A stretch of DNA of 61,502 nt, counting the filler, from Bdellovibrionota bacterium (GTDB lineage Bacteria; Bdellovibrionota; Bdellovibrionia; Bdellovibrionales; JAEYZS01), in NCBI GenBank assembly GCA_963169515.1. It is 7 parts of 7 records of this genome, joined end to end, with 100 filler letters (N's around TTAATTAATTAA, not from the genome) between each part and the next. Parts side by side here need not be neighbours in the genome. Positions count along the whole stretch, not along the records: positions 46,494 to 58,179 come from CAUJEF010000161.1; positions 58,280 to 61,502 come from CAUJEF010000163.1; 5 more parts are not named here. One strand, 5' to 3'. This document shows, in pieces, positions 49,248 through 59,153 of this stretch; within the stretch, counting starts at the first letter, position 1, and each line of letters opens with the position of its first letter. The notes beneath the pieces are model-generated. The model did not search any database and had not been told where the DNA came from. It saw nothing but the letters and a program-made list of their open reading frames with translations. A program made the position numbers and the translations under genes.

Positions 49248-49757
49248 TTATGCTTCTCGACTTACAAATCTGCCTGTCGTAATCGGAGCTTTATCCACAT
49301 TGCCCTCGCTCTGATAGGTCTTTTGACCTTCGAGCGACGTTTTTAAATTTTCTAGAGCACCTTGAATCGTTCTTAAGGCAGATTGAATCAAAGCTTCATT
49401 TTTTTCGTTATGTTCGCGAATACGCTTTACCAACAAATCCAATGTCGTATGAATAGATCTTAAGCGATCACCCTGCACCTGGTTCAGGTGCGAAGCTATT
49501 TCTAATAAACGAACCGGCTCACTCTTAATTTGCAACAATACAGAAATTTCTTTTACACGTTTTTCGCGAATCCGATCATTCGAACGGATCTTTGATACCA
49601 GAGCATCTTTAGCTTGGTTGTTTTCTATCAGGTCATCCATTTTCGAAGCGACTAGAATTTCATGCTCCCGACGAACAATATCAAGCATGGTCCGATAGAG
49701 CGTTACCTCAAATTCCACGCTTTCAATCAAATGGGAATAGGCCTGATCAATCGTCAT
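49248..49757 (-). CDS. flgN: Flagellar chaperone FlgN
   Basis: Helical protein between flgM and flgK; NEKNEAL, TY motif. Confidence 0.8.
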   Translation of the reverse strand: MTIDQAYSHLIESVEFEVTLYRTMLDIVRREHEILVASKMDDLIENNQAKDALVSKIRSNDRIREKRVKEISVLLQIKSEPVRLLEIASHLNQVQGDRLRSIHTTLDLLVKRIREHNEKNEALIQSALRTIQGALENLKTSLEGQKTYQSEGNVDKAPITTGRFVSREA

Positions 49758-50092
49758 TCTTCTTCACCAAATCCCATCATCAAATGACTATCGACCATTT
49801 TGTCGGCAACTTTGCCAGAATCAACTTTGTATTGCCCGCTGTCGACAAGTGCCTGGAATTTTTTTACTTTATCCATATTCACATCAGGCGCCTTCAGGGC
49901 GATTTCTTTTATTTTCTTCATATCTTGCGCTCTGTCTGAAAGTGCAATCTTAGCCGCATCAACCTTTTCTAAATCGTTGGCAACACTTTTTGTTTGCCTG
50001 CCAAGATTCTCTAAACCATCGACGCTATTCGATTTTTTATTTTTTACCGAATTGATATCCGCGTTCTGTGAACGTTGATTTGTGACTTTCAT
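49754..50092 (-). CDS. flgM: Anti-sigma28 factor FlgM
   Basis: IALSDRA, DKV...SGQYKVD..KVADKM. Confidence 0.9.
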   Translation of the reverse strand: MKVTNQRSQNADINSVKNKKSNSVDGLENLGRQTKSVANDLEKVDAAKIALSDRAQDMKKIKEIALKAPDVNMDKVKKFQALVDSGQYKVDSGKVADKMVDSHLMMGFGEEE

Positions 50093-50163
50093 CTATCACC
50101 TCGTTTGTTACAGTGTATCACGGTGAGACTCATTTTTACAATAAATGTAGACTGGACCTTCGT

Positions 50164-50826
50164 CTACGTTTTACCAATTTTCCAGAGAATTTCATTAACT
50201 CCCGGTGCTGCAATACCCAATCTTTCACCCGCAGCTAAGCCCTGGGACGGATTATACGCAATAGCGGCCCCTTGAAACAACAGGGTTGATCGAAGTCCAT
50301 TGTCATGTTCGACCTGAACAACATTTTGTGAGTTGTCCATTCTCTGTGATGACACCACTTTTCCATCCCACGGCAGCGTTATTCCAATCGGATCCTTTTG
50401 TTCTGCGGTCGGAATCAGTTTAAACAACATCGCTCCCGTGGATTCATTTATCTTTTTTACATTTACTTTTTCTTTTCCATCGGGGTGAATGGGGCCCTTT
50501 GATCTCTGCTGCTGGCGAATCATGCTTCCAAAGCGCTCCATCATTTGATCATAGATCAAATTTGATAAGCCAACACCTCCCTGATCAGCCCATTGTTCAA
50601 CATACTTGTCATATAGCTGATCTTCGTAAATATTCGCTGCCATCGAATTTTCATCCGCTTTCGGTGTCGCCTGCCTCATCGCCTTGACCATTTCATTCAA
50701 GAACATCTGCTCATAAGCTTTTGCGGCCTGTTCAAGCTGTGGAATGCGTTCCTGCTTCATCGGGACGATGGAAGTTTGTGAATTTGTTTGCGATGGTGTT
50801 ATTTGTTTGGCTACGTGTATTTTCAT
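50164..50826 (-). CDS. flgJ: FlgJ-like rod-binding protein with degenerate M23-like C-terminus (start uncertain)
   Basis: AAKAYEQMFLNEMVKAMR, GVGLS; LPWDGKVV...VEHDNGL...GERLG. Confidence 0.75.
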   Translation of the reverse strand: MKIHVAKQITPSQTNSQTSIVPMKQERIPQLEQAAKAYEQMFLNEMVKAMRQATPKADENSMAANIYEDQLYDKYVEQWADQGGVGLSNLIYDQMMERFGSMIRQQQRSKGPIHPDGKEKVNVKKINESTGAMLFKLIPTAEQKDPIGITLPWDGKVVSSQRMDNSQNVVQVEHDNGLRSTLLFQGAAIAYNPSQGLAAGERLGIAAPGVNEILWKIGKT

Positions 50827-50833
50827 AAAAAAA

Positions 50834-50946
50834 GCGGGGTGGGTGTTAGAGCAGTGTGCATCCTGCACTTGATTCCTGCTTGGCTCAAAATCCTTCCATG
50901 GCTCTGATCTCTAACCCCCGGCCCCTCCAACACGTCCATGTGTTGG
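50834..50946 (-). promoter_or_regulatory. Structured GGA-rich RNA element (candidate CsrA-binding)
   Basis: Six GGA on the transcribed strand, two in perfect hairpin loops; long enclosing stem followed by a U-run. Confidence 0.55.
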
Positions 50947-50956
50947 TGTTTTAATT

Positions 50957-52024
50957 TTACAATATTTCCAATTCCCCTTGCAAAGCACCTGCAGCTTTGA
51001 TGTTTTGTAAGATCGTAATCAGGTCCTTAGGAGAGATTCCAAGACCATTCAACGCGTTGACAATCTCACCAACATTCGCCTCTCCCCCCACCAAAGCCGT
51101 GTGTGCCCCACCTTCTTTTTTATTTGTTTGGGCTACTGTCACCGACGCAGGACCACGAGCATTGACACGGTCGCCACCACTTACCCCTACGCTGACAGAA
51201 ATATTCCCATGACTGATCGCCACTTTAGAAATGCGAACCTTTTCGCCAATAACAACTGTCCCTGTTTTTTCGTTTATCACAACCTTTGCTCTCGTGTCCG
51301 GATTAATTTCCAATGATTCAATTGTCGCAAGCAGCTCAACAGCGTTCCCATCATATTGTGGGGGCACTATTACGTCGACCGTTCCTCCATCTTTTGCGAC
51401 AGCATATTTGCCACCAAGATCTGCGTTCACAGTTTGCGCCGTACGCGCGGCTGTCGTGAAATCAGGATTTTGCAATGTAAGCCGAAGCATTTTTCTACCA
51501 GAAAATTCCGCCTCAATATCGCGCTCGACTGTCGCAGCGTCTGGTGCCCGGCCTACAGTCAATTGTCCCTTTCCGCTTGCATCCGTACTCACGATCACGG
51601 GCCCCTGGGCTACGGCATACACTTGTTGGTTTGCTGCCCGCAAGGGAGTTTGTACAAGGGTTCCCCCTTGAAGGCTCGATGCGTTTCCTATTGAGTGAAC
51701 GGTAACATCGAGCTTATTTCCCGCACGAGCAAATTCTGGCAAATTAGCAGTTATCAATACAGCGGCAACATTTTTACTTTCAATTTCTGTTTGTGTCAGC
51801 TTTACACCCATTGTATCAAGCATTCGCACAAAAGATTTGCTGGTAAATTCGGATTTACCATCACCAGTTCCCTTTAAGCCAACTACTAATCCATAACCTA
51901 CAAGTTGATTTTCACGAACGCCGCGAATATTTGCTATGTCTTTCAGTCTGGCCGCTTCCGCCGAAATATTAAGTAGGATCGCTATGATAATTACCATCAG
52001 CTGTAAAAATAAAAACTGCCTCAT
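50957..52024 (-). CDS. flgI: Flagellar P-ring protein
   Basis: RLKDIA, NQLVGYGLVVGLKGTGD, AGALQGEL. Confidence 0.97.
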   Translation of the reverse strand: MRQFLFLQLMVIIIAILLNISAEAARLKDIANIRGVRENQLVGYGLVVGLKGTGDGKSEFTSKSFVRMLDTMGVKLTQTEIESKNVAAVLITANLPEFARAGNKLDVTVHSIGNASSLQGGTLVQTPLRAANQQVYAVAQGPVIVSTDASGKGQLTVGRAPDAATVERDIEAEFSGRKMLRLTLQNPDFTTAARTAQTVNADLGGKYAVAKDGGTVDVIVPPQYDGNAVELLATIESLEINPDTRAKVVINEKTGTVVIGEKVRISKVAISHGNISVSVGVSGGDRVNARGPASVTVAQTNKKEGGAHTALVGGEANVGEIVNALNGLGISPKDLITILQNIKAAGALQGELEIL

Positions 52025-52800
52025 ATTCCTCTCTTTCGCGAACGAACAATATCAAATTTTGAATCTATTATTTTAGAGGCAGCGACCCCACCATCGGCCA
52101 CATCACTTGGACGCACAAGGCCCGATACAATAACTTTGTATTCATCTTTGCCAATCATAAAAACCTGACTGCCTTTCACTCGATAGCTGCCGTCAATAGA
52201 GCGATCAACGATACGAACGGGTATTTGATTTACGTCAAATTGTTCTAGATTCGGCTTTTCCGTTTTTTCTGCTACAGGAGGCGGCGCTTGTGCTGCGGCT
52301 GCCGCCGTTAGACCACCCGTACTCTGATCCCCTAGAATAGGAATGGCCGGCGCCGCCTGAACGGCTGCGGGTTTTCGCTTTGCAGCCTCCGACAACTCCC
52401 GAATCACGCCCACTTTGGTGGACAGTTGCTTGTGTGGTTGACCATCCAATACGACGTTAAAAATATCTCCGGGCAAACGTACAATATTTTGGGAAAACAA
52501 GTAGGAATCTTGTCCTTCCATTACCCACAATGATCCATCGCGATCTTTTGACAGGTACTCATTTTCAAAATCGTCTTTGGACATTCTTTGGTAATTTCGT
52601 TCTGTGTATGCAGGGACGTTACTTTTTTGAGAATAGGTGACGCCCGAATTGGCATTTTCAGACGAGGTCGCTTGATTATTTGTCAGTTCTTTTTCTGGCG
52701 TTGGTTCCCCACCAACAAATGCTTTCATTGTCCGCCCAAAGGTTGAGCACCCTGAAAGTACGAATACAGACAACATACAGATCAAAAAATTTTTCATCAC
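52021..52800 (-). CDS. flgH: Flagellar L-ring lipoprotein (divergent)
   Basis: LSGC lipobox, GSLW, GDI, VSGLVRPSDV; synteny. Confidence 0.85.
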   Translation of the reverse strand: MMKNFLICMLSVFVLSGCSTFGRTMKAFVGGEPTPEKELTNNQATSSENANSGVTYSQKSNVPAYTERNYQRMSKDDFENEYLSKDRDGSLWVMEGQDSYLFSQNIVRLPGDIFNVVLDGQPHKQLSTKVGVIRELSEAAKRKPAAVQAAPAIPILGDQSTGGLTAAAAAQAPPPVAEKTEKPNLEQFDVNQIPVRIVDRSIDGSYRVKGSQVFMIGKDEYKVIVSGLVRPSDVADGGVAASKIIDSKFDIVRSRKRGI

Positions 52801-53726
52801 TTTACCTCGATGGTTGCATCATCAACGACAACGCCGACCAAATATTTATTTGTCATAGGGTTTAAAACGCGAATTGCATCGCCTATGTAACCAGATCCCT
52901 GCGCAACCCCTCGAACATTGACGTTCCATCCTTCTGAGCGCATAACAACATTGACTGGCCGCCCCGGCATCATAACCATTTTTCTACGCAACAAAGATTT
53001 CCAAATTACTTCTTTGGCGTTTAACGTGCGCGCCAATTCAGACCCTAAAAGATCGTTTTCACTTGGAACTGTATCTGCAGCATACGTAACGTCACGGTCT
53101 TCAATTGCGTAATCTTCTTTGTGCAATCGGACACCCGCGCTCAGCAGCCTTTGCACGACAGGTACCTTCTTATAAATTCTTATGTCTCCACTGACCCATT
53201 TTTTTTGAGGATCTACACTTTTATCTTTGATATTCAAAGCCACATAAAACGCACCCCTTGGTCGGGATCCCGCTTTCACCAGCTCCCACGTTGCAGCACC
53301 ACTCACATCTGAAAAATTGGGAATTTTCAGATCTGAAATTTTCACTTCACAAGGGGCACATCCCTCTTGTGTCCATGCGGCAATTGCCTTTTCAACGTCT
53401 TCTTGCTTAAGGTTGAAAGATTTTTGCCGAACGGTGACTTCCATGGGGATCACAACTTTTATATTGTAAACTTCGGGAACGCTGTAACGAAGAATTTCAG
53501 ACAGTCCAAAGCTTGTAAATCGCCGAACCTCTCCTGCCTTTGGTGCATCACTAATTTCCAACTGTGAAATCTGCTTTTTGGCATCGGATGTTAAATCTTT
53601 GAATTCGGCAATATCACCAAAAGTAATTTTGTCACCTTCAATAAGATTTTTGGGATGGATAATAATAGACGGCTCTGCCTGAGCAAGGCTTGAAAACATT
53701 AAAATAAAAAGACCGAATTTTTTCAA
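52797..53726 (-). CDS. flgA: P-ring chaperone FlgA
   Basis: SAF-like C-terminus GVAQGSGYIGDAIRVLN; synteny. Confidence 0.85.
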   Translation of the reverse strand: MKKFGLFILMFSSLAQAEPSIIIHPKNLIEGDKITFGDIAEFKDLTSDAKKQISQLEISDAPKAGEVRRFTSFGLSEILRYSVPEVYNIKVVIPMEVTVRQKSFNLKQEDVEKAIAAWTQEGCAPCEVKISDLKIPNFSDVSGAATWELVKAGSRPRGAFYVALNIKDKSVDPQKKWVSGDIRIYKKVPVVQRLLSAGVRLHKEDYAIEDRDVTYAADTVPSENDLLGSELARTLNAKEVIWKSLLRRKMVMMPGRPVNVVMRSEGWNVNVRGVAQGSGYIGDAIRVLNPMTNKYLVGVVVDDATIEVK

Positions 53727-53729
53727 AAA

Positions 53730-54515
53730 TTACCTCAAGTTATTTAGCGACTGCAACATCGCATCGGACGCTTGAATCGCTTTCGAATTCATTTCGTATG
53801 CCCGCTGTGCACTGATCATATTCGTCATTTCTTCGACAATGTTGACGTTACTACCCTCTAATTGTCCTTGAGAAAGCTGCCCCAATTCGTTTGTTCCCGG
53901 AATCCCTTGATTAGGTACGCCGCTTGCTTCTGTTGGAACAAACGTATTTTTGCCCATTGCTTTTAGCCCTGCGGGATTAATAAAACTCACTGTTTGTATT
54001 TGGCCTATGACCTGAGGTGCGGCTCCCGCTTGGGTCATGACAGACACTTCACCGTTTTCCGCAATGCCCACGTTTGTTGTTCCCGGAGGAATCGTTATTT
54101 CAGGGATCAGGGCTCGGCCATTGCGATCTACAATCCGACCCGTAGGATCTTTTTTGAAGGAACCGTCGCGGGTATAACCTATCTGTCCATTTTCAATTTG
54201 AATTGGAAAAAATCCTTGGCCTTCAATCATAATATCCAGATCGTTTCCAGTCATTTTAGCCGAACCAACTTCGAAATCCTTTTGAATTGCGCTGGTTTTT
54301 ACACCTAAACCCGTTTGAATTCCTGTTGGGGAAACAGCATTCAACCCAGATTGCGCTCCTGGCTCTTTCACGTTTTGATAAAGCAGGTCTTCAAATTCTG
54401 CCCGGGACCGTTTAAACCCGCTGGTTTGGACGTTTGCAAGATTGTTTGAGATGACTTCTAAATTTGTTGCCTGCGCTTGCATTCCAGTTGCAGCGGTATT
54501 CAAAGATTTAAACAT
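53730..54515 (-). CDS. flgG: Distal rod protein FlgG
   Basis: NNLANVQTSGFK, FEDLLYQ, YTRDG, QRAYEMNSK. Confidence 0.97.
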   Translation of the reverse strand: MFKSLNTAATGMQAQATNLEVISNNLANVQTSGFKRSRAEFEDLLYQNVKEPGAQSGLNAVSPTGIQTGLGVKTSAIQKDFEVGSAKMTGNDLDIMIEGQGFFPIQIENGQIGYTRDGSFKKDPTGRIVDRNGRALIPEITIPPGTTNVGIAENGEVSVMTQAGAAPQVIGQIQTVSFINPAGLKAMGKNTFVPTEASGVPNQGIPGTNELGQLSQGQLEGSNVNIVEEMTNMISAQRAYEMNSKAIQASDAMLQSLNNLR

Positions 54516-54526
54516 ATTTTACCCCG

Positions 54527-55342
54527 TTATCTTAACACTGGTATTTCGTTCACCAGTTTATTTGCCATTTCATCATACGTCTTAATCGCTTTCTGTGTGT
54601 TTTCGAAAGCGCGAGTTGTTTGAATCATATCCGTCATCTCTTTTATTATATTCACATTGCTTGCTTCCAAAAAACCTTGATGAAGTTTAAAGTTTGTCGC
54701 TGGGATAATTTGAACATTCATATTCGGTTTTATCGTGTACTGTGAATGTCCCACCTTGTGAAATGCGGCTGTGTTGTCCAAAGTAACGACCGCCAACTTT
54801 CCAATTTGTTCGTTTCCTTGAAATATGCTTCCATCCTCTGTTATGTTTACTTGCGATCCGTTTTGATTTGTAATCGCAATCATGCGATTTTCAGGGGGCG
54901 CATTACCCTCAGACAATACAGGGAAACCCTCCGTGGTTACTATGCGGCCTTGGCCATCTATTTTCAAAGCCCCATTACGCGTCATGCGCGATCCCTGTGG
55001 TGTTGATATTTCTAAAAATCCCTGCCCTTCCAATGCGACGTCCATTTGGTTCCCTGTTGGCTTCAATGCTCCCTGACTAAAATCCGTATAGGTTCCTGTT
55101 GCATCAACATATCCGCGATCGCCAGCACCGAGGTCGTAAAAGCTTTCGATCGAGGCCGTCACTCGCGGCACCGTTATGGCCGAGGGATCTTTTTCATACG
55201 CAGTTAAGTATTCTTTAAACACCTGCTGATCTTTTTTGAAACCAGTTGTGTTTACGTTTGCCATATTGTTGGCAATCGTATCCATCTTTAGACTTTGAGC
55301 CATGGCGCCACTGACCGCAGTGTAAATACCCTTTGTGCTCAT
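54527..55342 (-). CDS. flgF: Rod protein FlgF
   Basis: ANNMANVNTTGFK, TRNG, LEASNVN; upstream of flgG. Confidence 0.9.
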   Translation of the reverse strand: MSTKGIYTAVSGAMAQSLKMDTIANNMANVNTTGFKKDQQVFKEYLTAYEKDPSAITVPRVTASIESFYDLGAGDRGYVDATGTYTDFSQGALKPTGNQMDVALEGQGFLEISTPQGSRMTRNGALKIDGQGRIVTTEGFPVLSEGNAPPENRMIAITNQNGSQVNITEDGSIFQGNEQIGKLAVVTLDNTAAFHKVGHSQYTIKPNMNVQIIPATNFKLHQGFLEASNVNIIKEMTDMIQTTRAFENTQKAIKTYDEMANKLVNEIPVLR

Positions 55343-55371
55343 AGAAATACTTTCCCTCTAAAATGGTTCAA

Positions 55372-55387
55372 AGCAATGACCATGCCA
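55372..55387 (-). promoter_or_regulatory. Sigma54 -24/-12 promoter of the flgF operon
   Basis: Minus strand TGGCATGGTCATTGCT (GG-N10-GC). Confidence 0.75.
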
Positions 55388-55544
55388 CGCTATCTTGCAC
55401 GACTTAAGTCCACATAAGAGAAAAATCAACTCGCCCTTAGCGAACCCATTGAGCAAATTGACGAATGTCCATTATGTAACTCCGTCAAATTTCTGACTCT
55501 CGTCAAAACATCTGGGCTCGCACCACCACTTCCGGACTCGACTC

Positions 55545-56579
55545 ATGCGGAAACTGTGTTGGATAATGTACCCTATGTCTTTACTTCTTTTGACATTGTT
55601 TTCGTTGCAGAACATTTCAAATGCATCGCTGCAGACAATTGAAATTACGCAAAGAAAACCTTCTTTTTATATTCCCGGCGATGAACAGATTTTAATAAAT
55701 CAGGTCATGGCCCCTACCAAACCGCCAACCTCTATCACTAAAAAACTTGAACCCTTGAAACTAAAAGGATCCCAAGCAAAGCGCCAGGACGTTTTGTCTT
55801 TCGATCTTCCAATTACCTACAACGGAAGCGTTAAAGAATGGATTCATTTTTATCAAACACGGGGGCGAAAGGATTTTTCCCGCTGGCTCGAACGCTCGCA
55901 AAAATATCTACCACATATCCAAACCGTCTTCCGCCAAGAAGGGCTTCCAAACGACCTTGCTTACGTCGCTATGGTTGAAAGCGGGTTTTCTCCATTTGCG
56001 ATTAGCCCCGCCGATGCAGTCGGATACTGGCAATTTATCGAAAGTACGGCTCAGAGGTTTGGATTAACCGTGAACTGGTGGTTGGACGAACGTCGTGACA
56101 TTGTAAAGAGCACTCGCGCAGCCGCACTTTATCTTAAAAAACTTCATGATATGTTTGATTCCTGGTATCTTGCGATCGCAGCCTACAACACAGGTGAAAA
56201 TAGAATCAAACGCCTTGTTGCAAAACACCAAACAAAAAACTTTTGGGTCCTCGCCGAACGTGAGGGCCTGTTTGCAGAAACAAAGAACTATATTCCAAAA
56301 ATATTAGCGACCGTACTGATTTCAAAAGCTCCGCCACTTTATGGGTTTCGCGACCTCAAATACCAGAAACCCACCCAGTTTGACTACTTTTGGGCGCCGG
56401 GCGGGTTATCATTGACCAAATTGGCTGCAGATACCGGAATCAGCGAAAAGGAGCTGTCTTACCTCAATCCTGAACTGATTCGCAAGTATGTACCTGAAAA
56501 CGTATCGGGCCACCGGATTCGTATCCCCAAGAATTCCTTACAAAAAGTTTCACAATACGTTCGGAATGCTTCAATTTAA
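55545..56579 (+). CDS. MltD-like lytic transglycosylase
   Basis: AMVESGF, AVGYWQF, LDERRD, AAYNTG, ETKNYIPK, LNPEL. Confidence 0.9.
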   Translation: MRKLCWIMYPMSLLLLTLFSLQNISNASLQTIEITQRKPSFYIPGDEQILINQVMAPTKPPTSITKKLEPLKLKGSQAKRQDVLSFDLPITYNGSVKEWIHFYQTRGRKDFSRWLERSQKYLPHIQTVFRQEGLPNDLAYVAMVESGFSPFAISPADAVGYWQFIESTAQRFGLTVNWWLDERRDIVKSTRAAALYLKKLHDMFDSWYLAIAAYNTGENRIKRLVAKHQTKNFWVLAEREGLFAETKNYIPKILATVLISKAPPLYGFRDLKYQKPTQFDYFWAPGGLSLTKLAADTGISEKELSYLNPELIRKYVPENVSGHRIRIPKNSLQKVSQYVRNASI

Positions 56580-56623
56580 TCTAACATTTTGACGTCTTCG
56601 AATTAGGGATTTATAAATCTCGC

Positions 56624-57292
56624 ATGGATATATTAGAATTTGAGGGCCAAATTTTAGACCCTAAAACAGTAATCGAAAAACTTGCCCCATTACTTACAGA
56701 TAATCGAAGGGTTCGAATTCAAAGCGTTTTAAAAAATAGAACCTATAACATCATCCCGGTATTGGATGGAATTTATGATCGTGGAAACACCAGCGCCGTT
56801 ATAAGATCTGCTGAGTCTTTTGGTCTTCAAAAAATGCATTTAATTGAAACTCAAGAAAAATTTAAAGCCGCAAAGAGCGTTTCAAACGGTGCGGATAAAT
56901 GGCTTGATATCACAAAATGGAAGCATCCCATTCCATGTGCGAAGTATTTAAAAGACAACAATTATCAAATTGTTTCAACACACCTTGAATCCTCGGTCCC
57001 TATTTCCCACATTGATTTTACGAAACCAACAGCCATCGTATTTGGAAATGAAAAAGACGGCGTTTCACAAGAAATGCTTGAAATGAGCGATGCTCGAATC
57101 ATTATTCCAATGCAGGGCTTTTCTCAGAGCTTTAACATTTCTGTCGCCGCCGCGATCAGTTTTTATCACATTTGGTCTGAAAGAATCCGAAAGCTTGGAC
57201 AACATGGTGACCTTTCCGATCAGCAAAAATCAATTGTCGAAGCCAAATACTATTTGAACTCAGTGGACAATCCTTTGCGGTATTTCAATTAA
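56624..57292 (+). CDS. trmH: tRNA Gm18 methyltransferase, SpoU family
   Basis: NTSAVIRSAE, FGNEKDGVS, IPMQGFSQSFNISVA. Confidence 0.85.
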   Translation: MDILEFEGQILDPKTVIEKLAPLLTDNRRVRIQSVLKNRTYNIIPVLDGIYDRGNTSAVIRSAESFGLQKMHLIETQEKFKAAKSVSNGADKWLDITKWKHPIPCAKYLKDNNYQIVSTHLESSVPISHIDFTKPTAIVFGNEKDGVSQEMLEMSDARIIIPMQGFSQSFNISVAAAISFYHIWSERIRKLGQHGDLSDQQKSIVEAKYYLNSVDNPLRYFN

Positions 57293-58179
57293 ACAGATTT
57301 TCTTCGAAGCTTTTTGGGGTCGACGATAATTCCCTGTTCTGCCTCTATTTTATAGTCATAATATTTGATCGTGTTTCTGCCGGCCTCTTTTGCCTCGTAC
57401 AGACATTTATCTGCTCGTCGAACCAATGCCCGGGCGTCAACAACCGCACCTGGATGGGTAATCGCAAAGCCCATACTGCCTGTTAATTTCTTTTTATCAA
57501 CACCGTTGTCAAAGATATGGTCTTGAATGTTTGTCCGCAACCGATCCGCAAAAAGCAGCGCGCCTTCTTTAGTCGCATCGGTCAAGGCAACCAAAAACTC
57601 GTCCCCACCATAGCGGGCAGCGAAATCAATTTTACGAATTCCTGCGCGCACAATTTTTCCGACTTCGGAAAGCACGAAGCTGCCAAACAGGTGATCGTGC
57701 TCGTCGTTTACAGTTTTAAAATGATCCATGTCCATCATGACAACGGCAATCTTATTTCCAAACCTTTGTGCGCGTAAAATTTCATGATCCAACCTTTGAT
57801 AAACAGAACGCATATTGTACAGACCCGTCAGGTCATCGATTTCCACAAGCTCTTTGAGTTTTTTATTCGCGTCTCGCAGTTCATCATGTAAATCCTTTAC
57901 CCGCAATTTTGCGCGAACACGCGCCAAAAACTCTGCAAGATCAAATGGCTTTTTCAGATAATCGTCGGCACCCGCATCGAGGCCCTTGACCACATCCTGA
58001 GGTTGTCGATTGCCGGATGCAAATAGCACGGCAACATAGTTATTTCGGTCGCGTAATGTTTCCAGGGTTTGAATTCCTGAAATTCCCGGCATATTGACAT
58101 CCAAGATGACAATATCCGGGGTCGTGGCTGCTAAAAATTATAATGATGTTTCTCCAGATGAAGCTGTCGAAACTTTGTA
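57289..58179 (-). CDS. Response regulator-diguanylate cyclase (REC-GGDEF), 5' partial, in-frame TAA at 58138-58140
   Basis: PDIVILDVNMP, GADDYLKKP, DDLTGLYN, RYGGDEF. Confidence 0.9.
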
Positions 58180-58279
58180 NNNNNNNNNNNNNNNNNNNNN
58201 NNNNNNNNNNNNNNNNNNNNNNNTTAATTAATTAANNNNNNNNNNNNNNNNNNNNNNNNNNNNNNNNNNNNNNNNNNNN
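58180..58279. other. Artificial contig linker
   Basis: N44-TTAATTAATTAA-N44. Confidence 0.99.
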
Positions 58280-58361
58280 GTCGATTGCTTAGAATTTCAA
58301 AAGCAATTACAACTGCACCATTTAAGAAGGAAACCATTAAAACAAAGATATTATTCTCCCA

Positions 58362-59153
58362 TTACAAATCACAGCCCATTTGCCGCGGAGATAGTCGGTT
58401 AAAATACTGGACGCCACCCGAAACAGATCCGTCATATTCGACACGTGAGTTGTTCAAAACAATGACTCGGTTACAAATTCTCTCAACTTGATCCGACAAG
58501 TGAGACACAAATAGTACGGCACCGGCCCCCTCAATGAATTTTACTATTCTTTTTGCAATCTTCTCTTTAAAAAATTTGTCTGCTCCCTCAAAGACCTCAT
58601 CCAAAATAAGTAGGTCCGGCGATCTGCAAGAAATCATTGAGAGATATAAGCGCGCCTGCATTCCATTGCTGTATGTTTTAAATGGCGCCATGGAAAACGT
58701 CCCCAGTTCAGAGAAATCTAAAGCTTCCTCAACTATATCTTTATGTTGTGCCTGGACCTCTGGATACATAAACTGCGCCAACAAAAATGCGTTTTCCCTG
58801 CCAGTCAATTCTGGAAAAATTCCAACACTTGTATCAAAGACCGCCCGGACATTGGCTGGAACTGAAATACGGCCTGACGTAGGGCCATATATGGAAGCAA
58901 AACACCGACAAAGCGAAGTTTTTCCCGCTCCATTAATCCCTAAAATACCGATTCTATCACCCCGCCGAATTTGTAGTGAAATATTATTTAGCACGTGCAA
59001 CCGGTCGCGTTTTTTGAAAAGGACTTCCAGAGGATTTTGGGTTACTCTTATGACTGCGTCTCGCAAACCTGCCGACTGGAAAAGTCGCAGCTTATAAACC
59101 AAATTCAAATTATTACATTCTGCGATTACGCTAGAGGCTGTGGTAGAACTCAT
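58362..59153 (-). CDS. Wzt-like polysaccharide ABC transporter ATPase
   Basis: GINGAGKT, TGREN, YSNGMQARL, LILDE, VSH. Confidence 0.9.
   Translation of the reverse strand: MSSTTASSVIAECNNLNLVYKLRLFQSAGLRDAVIRVTQNPLEVLFKKRDRLHVLNNISLQIRRGDRIGILGINGAGKTSLCRCFASIYGPTSGRISVPANVRAVFDTSVGIFPELTGRENAFLLAQFMYPEVQAQHKDIVEEALDFSELGTFSMAPFKTYSNGMQARLYLSMISCRSPDLLILDEVFEGADKFFKEKIAKRIVKFIEGAGAVLFVSHLSDQVERICNRVIVLNNSRVEYDGSVSGGVQYFNRLSPRQMGCDL

Noticed and set aside
25533..58140. TAA stop-codon reassignment
   Set aside because: TAA terminates many conserved genes at the expected position (recA, alaS, flgG, cysD); the two internal cases lie near contig ends
13197..58279. Six identical TTAATTAATTAA motifs as a biological repeat, and gene neighbourhoods across them
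   Set aside because: Each is centred in N44 blocks, so these are artificial contig spacers; adjacency across them has no biological meaning
58280..58337. Minus-strand fragment MVSFLNGAVVIAFEILSNR resembling a membrane spermidine-synthase-like N-terminus
   Set aside because: Only 19 codons before the contig end; not enough to support a call
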